This document shows, one piece after another, positions 10,922 to 23,377 of a stretch of DNA of 64,000 bases (within the stretch, counting starts at the first letter, position 1; each line of letters begins with the position of its first letter). The DNA comes from Antedon mediterranea (taxonomy: Eukaryota; Animalia; Echinodermata). A program made the position numbers and the translations under genes. Location: contig NC_092673.1 in NCBI RefSeq assembly GCF_964355755.1, forward strand, positions 12,434,948 through 12,498,947, given 5' to 3'. The notes beneath the pieces were generated by a model that was not told the DNA's origin, did not search any database, and was given only the letters and a program-made list of their open reading frames with translations.

Positions 10922-12492
10922 AGGGGGATTCTGGGTTTAAAATTGCTTTTAAATATCGTTTATTTATTAAATAAAAAATATTATAACAATATAGACATTT
11001 CAGAATGAAGAAGTAATAACGAGAAATTAAAAAAATAAAATTTCATATACATTTTAGGGTAAATTCATGGAAAGTCTGTTTTTTAGCAGCTTAGGGAAGC
11101 TCATTAATATTCATGAGATATTCACAAAATCACGTCATCAGTGGATTCCAAACTCGCGACGTCATGTACGTTATGTTTGTCAACTAATTTACATCTCTCT
11201 CCCCTGTCAAACGACGACCACCATTGTGATCATTGTGAAATACATTTTTTGTAGATTTTCTAAGCTAGGCCTAAAGTGTAATAATAACAGTAGTAGCATA
11301 TATTTATTAGACATTCAATGAAATACAAAATTTAGTACAGATACGGAGTCATAAATTATACTATTTTTATACCTCTATAGTACAGATCGTATTATCGGCT
11401 TCACGTACAATACTACTCTAGGCCTAGCCTAATAATAATATGGGCGAGAGCCATTCTGACTAGGGATTCCATGCCACGATGGCTACGTTAAAACAATGGG
11501 GCCCATGGGCCTAGCTAGCCTACTAGACGATTGGCCCATAAATAACAAAACCCATCCTATCAACCAAACTCCTAAACAATCTAAACCTAAAACATTCTAC
11601 AAAATCGGCTGTAAATATTGAAGCAAAACAAGGTCCGATCGCCGTCCACACGTATGGTGTCCCGATCGTCTAAGTAGGCCTAAAATAAATAGGTTTAGTT
11701 TACTCTCCAAAAAAGCGGATACTCATGCATCAAGCAAGTAGACCAGGTAGTAGGAAGGAGACCTAGCCAATCCGGCCCAGTTAAAAATTGAGCTAGCTAG
11801 TGTAGTAGACCCTATGCGAATTGATACTACCAGGCCTTTTACTATAGGCTGCACTACACAAAAATTCCAACTCTCTCATTCGAGCTATATTATCTATACC
11901 ATTCCGGTAGGTCGAGTCGACCTTCAATCAAATACTGTACATCGTTCATGTTGTGATTATAGACGGGGTATACTCGACCCGACCAGTTTGGTATTGTTGT
12001 ATCTGCTTATCACGTGACGATGCCAGGCATGGGCAGCAGAGAGCACGTGTATCGTCGTCTCGCTCGATCCTCAGCAGGAATGTACAGTATACGTTACGCT
12101 TCATTGATTTTGATTTTTCCCTAAGTCGGTGCGAAAATCGGCAAACGTAAAGTGCAAATATATCTAATTTTTCACTGTTTTGATGAATTTTCATAAAAAA
12201 TTGACTTTATAAATGGGAAGACCGACTAAAATTACATCAGATAAGTATAATTTTACAAAAGTAATTGATATGGTTTATGATAACGAGTCGTCGGAAGATG
12301 GACCATTTCACGAATTTCCTATTTTGTAACCACAGTGTGATTTTGCCGTAGCTGCACTTGTAATCTGGCCTGATTTCACAGCCTTCGTTCTGCTTCACTG
12401 GGCGCTTATATAAATTGAAACTTTTACCGTTCAAGAGACAAACAAATATATTTTACATTTTTTACTATTCATTTTAAACCCGGAACCCCCCT
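10922..12492. mobile_element. Non-autonomous Kolobok-type DNA transposon
   Basis: TTAA on both sides (10918-10921, 12493-12496); ~22-bp TIR AGGGGGATTCTGGGTTTAAAAT / ATTTTAAACCCGGAACCCCCCT; no coding capacity. Confidence 0.75.
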
Positions 12493-14233
12493 TTAAATTG
12501 GGCCCGCAGTATATTAAATTTAAAACGAGTAAGTAAAATCCATAAATTACGATTTAATAAAAATGAAGAATACATGTGGCTCCCTATTATATATATGGAA
12601 TGATCCAAATAAATTCACCCAAAACGTGCCTGTGTTACGTGCGCTGCATGCATGCATCACATGGATGGATCAGATTTCATTCATTTTCAATCATCATTGT
12701 TGATTTTTTGGCTACGGGTTTTAACTCACCATAGAAAAAAAAATGGGATGTAGGCCTAGTTACAGTAGGCCCAAGTAGATAGTAAATTCGATGACTTCTA
12801 GCTAGCTAGGCTATAGGCATATTGTAATTGTATATATCGAATATGCAGTATATAGCTACTGCAGCAGCTCTAGTAAACTAAGAGTAACTAGGCCTGGGGA
12901 AAATACGCCAAGGAAAAGAGTCTGTGGTACACTCATTGTGAAAATAAGCTAGCTAGCTTTCCGCCATATATTAGATTTGGTTATATTGTATTATTTTAAT
13001 AACCTACTCTAGCTAGTAGTATATCAACAACGGTGAAATGGAAATACGATGCATTATGGATATCATCGTTGCAGAGTTAGGGGGTGCCAACAAAACATTC
13101 AACTGCCAGAAATACAAAAAAGAAGCTTCGACGTTTTTATTTAGAGCATTTTACTATTTTAGGCATACAGAACTAATTGCTGTAAATTTCCTAGAGTTGT
13201 CACTGATAAATAAAATTTAACATAACCTACATATAACTTAAAAAATCCAAATGATAAATTGTACGCGAACGCAGTAAAACCAACCAGTTAAATGTTTGTT
13301 AAATAATTATTTTACATCTCCCTGGTAAAATGGTACCCTACGCCCCCATTTTTATGCCTCCATCATTGATAAGCCGAGCGGTATTTAATTATTTTTATTA
13401 TTTAATTCGTAAATTAAAAAAAAAAATCGTTAATATAAATATGTGAACCTTTGTAACTTTTTTTTGTATATGCGCGGGCGCGATACTATTTAATAAGATA
13501 GGCTTTATTCATATCATTGAGTGGTAAACAACTATGAGCCTAGTTGATACCGCCTCGTAACTACGTATTGACGTTTTACTATAATATTGAATATGCACTG
13601 TTAGTGTTACTTTAAAAAAGGATGTAATAAAACTGTGTACAATATGTGTACAATATTAGTAGGTAATAGTTTTTTTGTGCCCCTCTGTACACACGCCTGT
13701 CGGCTATTTGTTTATCATTTTAATAAATGTAGTACGAGTCTAACTTCAAATAAAGATATAGAACACATTTTGAGAATTCAAAGTGTTGATCTTTTTTAAG
13801 AATCTGATATTACCATGAATCATCTTTTTAGTTTTACATAATATACAGCATAAGCATGTACAATCTAATTTAATTGTCACACAATTGAATTAACAAAGGA
13901 CAAGGATTTCAAATAAACTGTTACAAATAAACAATTATTAATGAAAAAGTTGGGGTATTGTTGGGTCCATGGGAAAGGTGACAGCTGAATTTTATAAATG
14001 AATTTGTTAATGTTATACAAAAATCGGGGAATGCAATGGTTAGACAATTTGGTTATAAAAACAAAAGTTTCGTTCAAAGATTGATGTAATTGTAGGTCCG
14101 TTGCTTTGGAAATACAGTACAGACATCACAACGATGGGGCAATTGGATCTTTACGACAGGAATTAAAACCATTTGAAAACAATTTAATTCATGCTTTAAT
14201 AATAAAAATAAAAATGTTTTACTTTTTTTACAG

Positions 14234-15882
14234 AACAATGATGACGAAAAAGCAAACAGCTCGGGGTCAGAAGCAAACAGCTCGGGGTCAGAGTGGGTCC
14301 TAACTCCTCAAAATGTCCAGGTAAATATTAAATGTTACGGTTAATATTAAATGGCAATTGGATCTTTACGACAGGAATTTAAACCATTTTAAAACAATTT
14401 AATTCATGCCTTTAATAATAAAAAAAAAACATTTTTTACAGAACAATGATGTTAATAATGAAAGCAGCTCGGGGTCAGAAGCAAACAGCTCGGAGTCAGA
14501 AGCAAACAGCTCGGGGTCAGAAGCAAACAGCTCGGGGTCAGAGTTGGTCCCAACTCCTCAAAAAGTCCAGGTAAATATTAAATGTTAGTTAATATATTAA
14601 TATTAAATGGCAATTGGATCTTTACGACAGGAATTAAAACCATTTCAAAACAATTTAATTCATGCTTTAATAATAAAAATAAACATTTTTTACTTTTTCT
14701 ACAGAACAATGATGACGAAAAAGCAAACAGCTCGGGGTCAGAAGCAAACAGCTCGGGGTCAGAGTGGGTCCCAACTCCTCAAAAAGTCCAGGTAAATATT
14801 AAATTTTAGTTAATATATTAATATTAAATGGCAATTGGATCTTTACGAAAGGAATTAAAACCATTTTAAAACAATTTAATTCATGCTTTAATAATAAAAA
14901 TAAACATTTTATACTTTTTTTACAGAACAATGATGACGTTAATAATGAAAGCAGCTCAAGGTCAGAGTTGGCCGAAACTCCTCAAAGAGTGAGTTTTGCA
15001 TTTTAATTTGTTTTTTTGTTTTTAGTTCAGGCAAATGTTAGTTAATATGATAAAGTTTTTCCCTACCTGACGTATTCGGTACATTTACACGTCAGGTAGG
15101 GAAAAACTTTATCAATTATTAAATTCCAGACGCAAACCACAACCTATTAATCTAATATAGTAAGTTTAAATAAACCAATTAACATATTCATTTGTTAATA
15201 CTTTAAAACATTGGTCCCAATACCTCTATTATCACATATTAATTATTACTTTCTCTATATTTGCAGTCTCTTAGGCCAAATAAAACTAATTGTTAGTTTC
15301 GCATTTTTTATTTTTTTTTCAAATAACCTTTGTCATGGTCATGCGCAGTTGGAACCGTGAAGAGGCTTATATCTAGTCTTTCTGCAGTTTGTAACATTAA
15401 ATAGCTAAAATCCATGCCGCCGGCGGGGACATGAAACTAACAATTAAGTTTATTTTGCCTTATATTTAGCAATTTTTTTAAAAAAGTAAAAGGCTATTAT
15501 AGTTATCATAATTTTTATCTGTTTTCAGTTTAAAAGAACAAACAGTAAAAAACAGTGCTGTCCAAAGTGCAGGAAAACAAAAGACCAGATTTTCAGAGAA
15601 CACAAGAGAGAGTGCACCTCGACGTATGAACACCCGAAAAAGGAAAACCGCCTAAGGAAACGATCTGCATTTTCAAAAGCGCAAATTGACGAAATTCAAA
15701 GGGCGTACGCGTGCTTCATAAAAACTTCCAAGGTATTTGGTATAGATGACATCAGGTCTATAATTTCAAATGATGAACCTTTACGAAATACCTTTAAGGA
15801 CTATGCAGCACATGGGCGTCCAATGCTCGACAAAAAAGTGTACGATAGGGTACGAACGCTCCGCACAATTTATTTTAGATAA
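14234..15882 (+). CDS. 3' part of an unknown spliced gene, copy 1: repeat exons 14234-14320, 14442-14570, 14705-14791, 14926-14988 and terminal exon 15529-15882
   Basis: All exons have polypyrimidine-CAG acceptors and GT donors, and lengths 87/129/87/63/354 (multiples of 3, phase 0). Spliced product is (NNDDEKANSSGSEANSSGSEWVPTPQKVQ)n then FKRTNSKKQCCPKC..RKRSAFSKAQIDEIQRAYACFIK..KKVYDRVRTLRTIYFR*. AATAAA lies ~125 nt after the stop. No 5' exons or start codon identified. Confidence 0.65.
15048..15114. repeat. Perfect 26-bp hairpin in intron (also in copies 2 and 3; right arm deleted in copy 4)
   Basis: TGATAAAGTTTTTCCCTACCTGACGT, a 15-nt loop, then ACGTCAGGTAGGGAAAAACTTTATCA. Confidence 0.9.
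15272..15462. mobile_element. ~190-bp MITE in intron (co-duplicated with the gene segment)
   Basis: TIRs TAGGCCAAATAAAACTAATTGTTAGTTTC / GAAACTAACAATTAAGTTTATTTTGCCTTA. Confidence 0.65.
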
Positions 15883-16305
15883 AATTCTTGGGTTTGTGTA
15901 TGTTCCGATGTTCATACGTCAAGGTATATTTATAAATCTAATCATAATAGTAAAATTAAGATTTCGCTGGTCTCTATAAAAAATATGTTTGGTATGTATT
16001 GATAAAATAAAGAAAGAACTCTGTTATTTCTAAAAAAAACATGTCTTTTATCTTGTTATTCTGTTCTGTTTACTTTACCATGGAATATTATTATTCCCCC
16101 ATGGATCAACTTGACAAGGCATGCAAGATTTAAATTATTGACCAGAAATCTTGAGCTCAATCCTCGAATGGCATGTGAAAGTAGATTGACCACAGTGTAG
16201 TGACCTCTCTAAAGTTGTTTTAAACCAAATAAATTGGAAGAATATTGATCAGGAATGTTTCTTTTATCATTGTTTATGACAACCTTTTAAAAACATTTTT
16301 TACAG

Positions 16306-17740
16306 AACAATGATGTTAATAATGAAAGCAGCTCGGGGTCAGAAGCAAACAGCTCGGAGTCAGAAGCAAACAGCTCGGGGTCAGAAGCAACAGCTCGGGG
16401 TCAGAGTTGGTCCCAACTCCTCAAAAAGTCCAGGTAAATATTAAATGTTAGTTAATATATTAATATTAAATGGCAATTGGATCTTTACGACAGGAATTAA
16501 AACCATTTTAAAACAATTTAATTCATGCTTTAATAATGAAAATAAACATTTTTTACTTTTTTTACAGAACAATGATGACGAAAAAGCAAACAGCTCGGGG
16601 TCAGAAGCAAACAGCTCGGGGTCAGAGTGGGTCCCAACTCCTCAAAAAGTCCAGGTAAATATTAAATTTTAGTTAATATATTAATATTAAATGGCAATTG
16701 GATCTTTACGACAGGAATTAAAACCATTTTAAAACAATTTAATTCATGCTTTAATAATGAAAATAAACATTTTTTACTTTTTTTACAGAACAATGATGAC
16801 GTTAATAATGAAAGCAGCTCAAGGTCAGAGTTGGCCGAAACTCCTCAAAGAGTGAGTTTTGCATTTTAATTTGTTTTTTTGTTTTTAGTTCAGGCAAATG
16901 TTAGTTAATATGATAAAGTTTTTCCCTACCTGACGTATTCGGTACATTTACACGTCAGGTAGGGAAAAACTTTATCAATTATTAAATTCCAGACGCAAAC
17001 CACAACCTATTAATCTAATATAGTAAGTTTAAATAAACCAATTAACATATTCATTTGTTAATACTTTAAAACATTGGTCCCAATACCTCTATTATCACAT
17101 ATTAATTATTACTTTCTCTATATTTGCAATCTCTTAGGCCAAATAAAACTAATTGTTAGTTTCGCATTTTTCATTTTTTTTCAAATAACCTTTGTCATGG
17201 TCATGCGCAGTTGGAACCGTGAAGAGGCTTATAGCTAGTCTTTCTGCAGTTTGTAACATTAAATAGCTAAAATCCATGCCGCCGGCGGGGACATGAAACT
17301 AACAAGTTTATTTTGCCTTATATTTAGCAATTTTTTTAAAAAAGTAAAAGGCTATTATAGTTATCATAATTTTTATCTGTTTTCAGTTTAAAAGAACAAA
17401 CAGTAAAAAACAGTGCTGTCCAAAGTGCAGGAAAACAAAAGACCAGATTTTCAGAGAACACAAGAGAGAGTGCACCTCGACGTATGAACACCCGAAAAAG
17501 GAAAACCGCCCAAGGAAACGATCTGCATTTTCAAAAGCGCAAATTGACGAAATTCAAAGGGCGTACGCGTGCTTCATAAAAACTTCCAAGGTATTTGGTA
17601 TAGATGACATCAGGTCTATAATTTCAAATGATGAACCTTTACGAAATACCTTTAAGGACTATGCAGCACATGGGCGTCCAATGCTCGACAAAAAAGTGTA
17701 CGATAGGGTACGAACGCTCCGCACAATTTATTTTAGATAA
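16306..17740 (+). pseudogene. Tandem copy 2 of the gene 3' end (exons 16306-16433, 16568-16654, 16789-16851, 17387-17740)
   Basis: Near-identical to copy 1 at ~1858-bp offset. The first exon is 128 nt (1-nt deletion, frameshift); the others are intact. Confidence 0.75.
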
Positions 17741-17981
17741 AATTCTTGGGTTTGTGTATGTTCCGATGTTCATACGTCAAGGTATATTTATAAATCTAAT
17801 CATAATAGTAAAATTAAGATTTCGCTGGTCTCTATAAAAAATATGTTTGGTATGTATTGATAAAATAAAGAAAGAACTCTGTTATTTCTAAAAAAAACAT
17901 GTCTTTTATCTTGTTATTCTGTTCTGTTTACTTTACCATTGAATATTATTATTCCCCCATGGATCAACTTGACAAGGCATG

Positions 17982-20106
17982 CACAGTGGGAAAGCCACTT
18001 CGCGTTTTGACCGTTAAATCGTGTAAAATCGACTTACTTCCGCATTGACAATTTTGAAGCGCCACCTATCGTTGAAAACTGAAACCACGATTTTTCGTCG
18101 CCTAGCAAATAAGTGCTGTTTTATTTTAAGCTCTCATGACTATTTAAGAACCGCCCAACATTACCTATTATGGTAAAAGCATTTCCTAATAAGTATAATT
18201 GAATAACCAATCGGTTTCCTTCAAAGAAACCAAAGCTAATACAATACATTCGGCGACTGAAGTCGGGACTCGTGAAATTTATAAATGTGGTACGATTTGA
18301 CTACTGTTTTGTTGTCCATTTTCTGAATAGTCGGAGGTGCATCCCAACAAATTAAAAAAATTATAATCAATTGTTTTATCAAGAATAATATTAGTTTAAT
18401 CGAGTATGATATATTTCTATCCTGTTCAAAATTTGTTGGTGTATTCTCAGGCCTCGAAAGGTAGGTACATTTTCTAGCTGTGAGCGTGGTTTCGGCAACG
18501 CGAGACACGTGTGTCAGTATAGGCGATAGCGAGACGTGTGTTGTACTGTGTTGATGCTGATCCGATAGTCGTTAAGTTGTACTGATTACGAGTATCATAT
18601 TGGTCCTGGCCGGCCTAGCCTGGTGATCTGATCCCTCCCAAAAAATACTTTTTTTCAATCAGTATAAAATAATATTATTATTTTATTTTTCATTTATTAT
18701 TTGATTTATTAGGCTCAATTATTAGATGCCTAGCTAGCTAGGCTACTAGTAGGGCTAGATTATATAAATAATAATAGCAAATACTGTAATATTAATTAAT
18801 AAAATACAGCTTCCATTTGCCTTACTTTTATGTCATCATATAATATTATAATTATATATACAACCAGACATTTAAATAATATTTATTATTTTTTCTGACA
18901 CTTTCAGGAATCGTTGATGATGCAGAGTTCTTTGTCTTTGTGACTTCAAACTGAGAGTGAAGTGGATAAAAAGATGACACCGGTACCTACCGACATTGTC
19001 ATACCCAAACTATAATTTAATTATTTAAAACAAAATGTTGAATTACAAATATATGTATGTTGCAGAGGATTTAGATGAATTAGAATACAAATATTTATGT
19101 TGAATGCAAACCTACTACACTATACTCTGTAAATTATGTTATTGTCATGTGGTAGACCTTAAAAATTGAATATTTATTGTATGTTAGGCCTATTTTATAT
19201 TTTATTAATACTGCATATAGTTTAATATTACTATTAATTTATATTATACAGTACTAGTTTGTACATGTTTTTACCCCAAAAAAATGAATAAATAATTTGT
19301 TATTCAATCTAATTGCTTGTTTGTTCATCAATAACAAAACAATTGTAAGCAAGTATAACAGTTCTTGTTAGCCGCTTATTTCAGGTCATATTATTAATAT
19401 TAGCTAGGCCCGACGCGCCCGATCACAACGTCACTAAGTAACTCGGACTCGTATAAAAGCTATTATAATAGTTATGATAAATATTCCTCAACTAAAATGT
19501 ATACTGTGATAAATAAACAAGTAATAATATATGTTGTATTGGAATGTATTTATTTATATGAATTCTTATACCCGGACAATTATAAACATCGCGTATATCG
19601 TTCGCTATAAATAAATTCATAAACACGATGACGATGTGTTTACAAAATGGCGGTTTCGCTAGTTTTCGATGGAACAAATAGTGGTACCTTTAGTTTGAAT
19701 AGTCGGAGCTGCATCCCAACCACCGAATTTTGTATCTTAATATCGTATTCTGTAGATTATTAATTTTTCTAACAGGGATTTTAAATTCAGGACTGTTCAA
19801 TTTTTCTAAATATTTTATTTTAACGATTTTCTAGGGTACAATTTCGGAAAAAAGACATTGGTTGATTTTGCCGTTAAATTACAGATTATCGTTTTGTTCA
19901 AATACATTTAATTTTACATGACAATATATTAAAACTATTTATGAATTTATTTCACTAACAATATTTTTCCGATAATCAGCTAAATTTACAAATATTGTGT
20001 TTTTCCAACACCCTAAAATTTAGCAATTTTGAACTAAATTAGAAAAGTAGGGCGCCCTCTCCGAGTCGAAATTTGACACGATTTGTCGACTGGCTGTCTC
20101 ACTGTG
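17982..20106. mobile_element. 2.1-kb non-coding TIR insertion with CACAGTG...CACTGTG termini
   Basis: Absent from the paralogous empty sites (16123/16124 and 24969/24970, GGCATG^CAAG). TIRs CACAGTGGGAAAGCCA / CACAGTGAGACAGCCA (14/16). Internal direct repeat TGAATAGTCGGAG.TGCATCCCAAC near 18325 and 19697. Confidence 0.85.
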
Positions 20107-20456
20107 CAAGATTTAAATTATTGACCAGAAATCTTGAGCTCAATCCTCAAATGGCATGTGAAAGTAGATTGACCACAGTGTAGTGACCTCTCTAAAGTTG
20201 TTTTAAACCAAATAAATTGGAAGAATATTGATCAGGAATGTTTCTTTTATCATTGTTTATGACAACCTTTTAAAAACATTTTTTACAGAACAATGATGTT
20301 AATAATGAAAGCAGCTCAGGGTCAGAAGCAAACAGCTCGGAGTCAGAAGCAAACAGCTCGGAGTCAGAAGCAAACAGCTCGGGGTCAGAGTTGGTCCCAA
20401 CTCCTCAAAAAGTCCAGGTAAATATTAAATGTTAGTTAATATAATTAATATTAAAT

Positions 20457-22673
20457 TAGGGTATTCAGTTGCATGGCTACAGCTTGAGGTCACACACACA
20501 CAGACAGCACATTAAAGTTAAAAATTGACCATTTTGAAGTGCCATTTTTTAATTATTAGATTAATATTTTTTGGCCAAATGATACATTTTTGGAAAGGTA
20601 TACATGTCTACTTTCAAGTGCTGTAGACAATTCGCGGAAATATCAATTATTCAATGAAATACAACAAGATTACTAACACCCTATCCAGCTGGTCACCTCA
20701 TGAACATGATGAGGGAAATTCCTGCTTGCAGTTTATGACCGCCCATTTTTGGAGATCTAAAAATATGATGCTTTTTGATTGGAGTTTCTGTGACAACCTG
20801 AGGTGATTGACAATTAAATTGGTTTCCTAAGTGAAAGGCATGGGCTTTAGCTTGTAAACAAAGCATGTCCCAGGTTTATACGATGTCTAGAAGAGAATTG
20901 GTGGACTTTCAAAAATAATCTTCGTTTTTTCGGTAGGTTGATGGAATATTTTAAATCAAAGACACATATAATATGAAAATATAATGTTTAAAGTAGCTAT
21001 TGTTAAAATCTTAGAGTAATTGGTTGAGAATTGATGAACGGAAAAAGAAAAGAGTAGGCACATGTTTTTCCTTTCTCAAGCCACAGTCCACTTGTTCCAT
21101 TGTCTCAGGCTGAGGCTAGCCTGTGCCTGCCCGCACAGGACTGCCAGTAGCATTTTTACTTAACGGAGGCTAAGTCTTATATAAATTATAGTTTAACCAA
21201 CATTGATTATAATTATGATTAATATATTTCCTATTCCTAATGTTCATTATTATTATTTTTAAGTGTTTTAAAACATATTAGTTTGAAATGCTTAACATCC
21301 CTATTAATGTAAATGGAATCGTCCGTACAATGAAAGTTATATACATTATGGACAGGTCCACTTATTTTCAAGGGGTATTATTTGGTTATATTAATTGAGG
21401 ATTATGTTTTTTTATAAAAAATGAAAGGAATACATCATATTTTGTAGGTTTTTAGTTTTAATTGATTAATTTAAAAACTGCTATAAAAATCTATGTGTTT
21501 TTTCCAGTTAATATTTATTTTTTTTAAATAATACCGATTATTTTCATATAAAAATAAAAGTGAACTTATTGTAATTAATATTTATCAACAGGTATTTAAA
21601 CTCTACTACAGTCATGGAAGAAGATATTCCTGGTGATTTTCTTAAAGCTGTTGGTATTTCAGCTTTAGATCTACATAAACTTACTGCTTGCTGATAAACT
21701 TATCAACATTACAATTACGAATGGCTATCTTTGATTTTATGTATTTTTGCGATTAAACGTCATATTTTCATTTTATTACACGTTTCCATGGTAACAAAAA
21801 CATTTTTAATAGAATTTTTATTACAAATTGTGTATTTATATTATACAATTAACTGGTAAAAAAATAGGCATAATGTGAGTAATAATTAAAGAGCTATGTT
21901 AGATTTTATGTATTTTTGCGATTAAATGTTATATTTTTATTTTATTACACGTTTCCATGGCAACAAAAACATATTTTTAATAGAATTTTTATTAAAAATT
22001 GTGTAATTATATTATACAATTAACTGGTAAAAAAATAGGCATAATGTGATTAATAATTAAAGAGCTATGTTAGATTTTATGTATTTTTGCGATTAAATGT
22101 TATATTTTTATTTTATTACACGTTTCCATGGCAACAAAAACATATTTTTAATAGAATTTTTATTAAAAATTGTGTAATTATATTATACAATTAACTGGTA
22201 AAAAAATAGGCATAATGTGATTAATAATTAAAGAGCTATGTTAGATTTTATGTATTTTATTACATTCAAATATTACATAGTTTCATTATGTATTAATAAT
22301 AAAACAATAATTTATGATTTTTTTGGCAACATTTTTATTGAACATTATGTATTTACATTATATTGATAACTGTTGAAAAAATTAGGCCGGTACACTTTAT
22401 GGTTAAAAAGATATACCCAATTATGTTCAAAATATCAATGATTTTGTGACTGTTTTGGACCACTTTTAGCTTTTAATAAAATAATAGAAAACATAGAAAC
22501 CAATGTCTTCGACTTCCTATCTATTTTTTCGTATTGTTTTTTAATGTAACTTTTGAACGCCTTGTCCGATTTAAAAAATTTAAAAAGCATTGTCATTGTC
22601 TTTCAATTCTGCTTCATATGGTATCATTTCCAAGTTCATAGGGTGTCAATCAATTTTTCACCTGAAATCCCTA
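20457..22673. mobile_element. Non-autonomous hAT-like element with 7-bp TSD
   Basis: TIRs TAGGGTATTCAG / TAGGGATTTCAG; ATTAAAT duplicated (20450-20456, 22674-22680); empty site visible in the paralogous introns. Confidence 0.75.
21733..22258 (+). repeat. ~171-bp AT-rich tandem repeat, 3 full units plus a partial one, inside the element
   Basis: Units start at 21733, 21902, 22073 and 22244 (GATTTTATGTATTTTT...GAGCTATGTTA). Confidence 0.9.
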
Positions 22674-23377
22674 ATTAAATGGCAATTGGATCTTTACAAC
22701 AGAAATTAAAACCATTTTAAAACAATTTAATTCATGCTTTAATAATAAAAATAAACATATTTTACTTTTTCTACAGAACAATGATGACGAAAAAGCAAAC
22801 AGCTCGGGGTCAGAGTGGGTCCCAACTCCTCAAAAAGTCCAGGTAAATATTAAATTTTAGTTAATATATTAATATTAAATGGCAATTGGATCTTTACGAC
22901 AGGAATTAAAACCATTTTAAAACAATTTAATTCATGCTTTAATAATAAAAATAAACATTTTTTACTTTTTTTACAGAACAATGATGACGTTAATAATGAA
23001 AGCAGCTCAGGGTCAGAGTTGGCCGAAACTCCTCAAAGAGTAAGTTTTGCATTTTAATTTGTTCTTTTTGTTTTTAGTTCAGGCAAATGTTAGTTAATAT
23101 GATAAAGTTTTTCCCTACCTGACGTATTCGGTACATATACACGTCAGGTAGGGAAAAACTTTATAAATTATTAAATTCCAGACGCAAACCACAACCTATT
23201 AATCTAATATAGTAAGTTTAAATAAACCAATTAACATATTCATTTGTTAATACTTTAAAACATTGGTCCCAATACCTCTATTATCACATATTAATTATTA
23301 CTTTCTCTATATTTGCAGTCTCTTAGGCCAAATAAAACTAATTGTTAGTTTCGCATTTTTTATTTTTTTTCAAATAA

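Noticed and set aside
11400-13000. High density of TAGGCCTA / CTAG palindromes
   Set aside because: They occur across many unrelated elements in the window and look like a genome-wide compositional bias rather than a discrete feature.
15770-15979. 69-aa ORF repeated three times (also 17628 and 24616)
   Set aside because: It is an alternative frame overlapping the real terminal exon and 3' UTR. It recurs only because the segment is duplicated.
17982-18030. Complete 12/23 RSS or a RAG transposon
   Set aside because: Only the heptamer matches. There is no convincing ACAAAAACC nonamer at 12 or 23 bp from either end, and no RAG1/Transib coding remnant inside.
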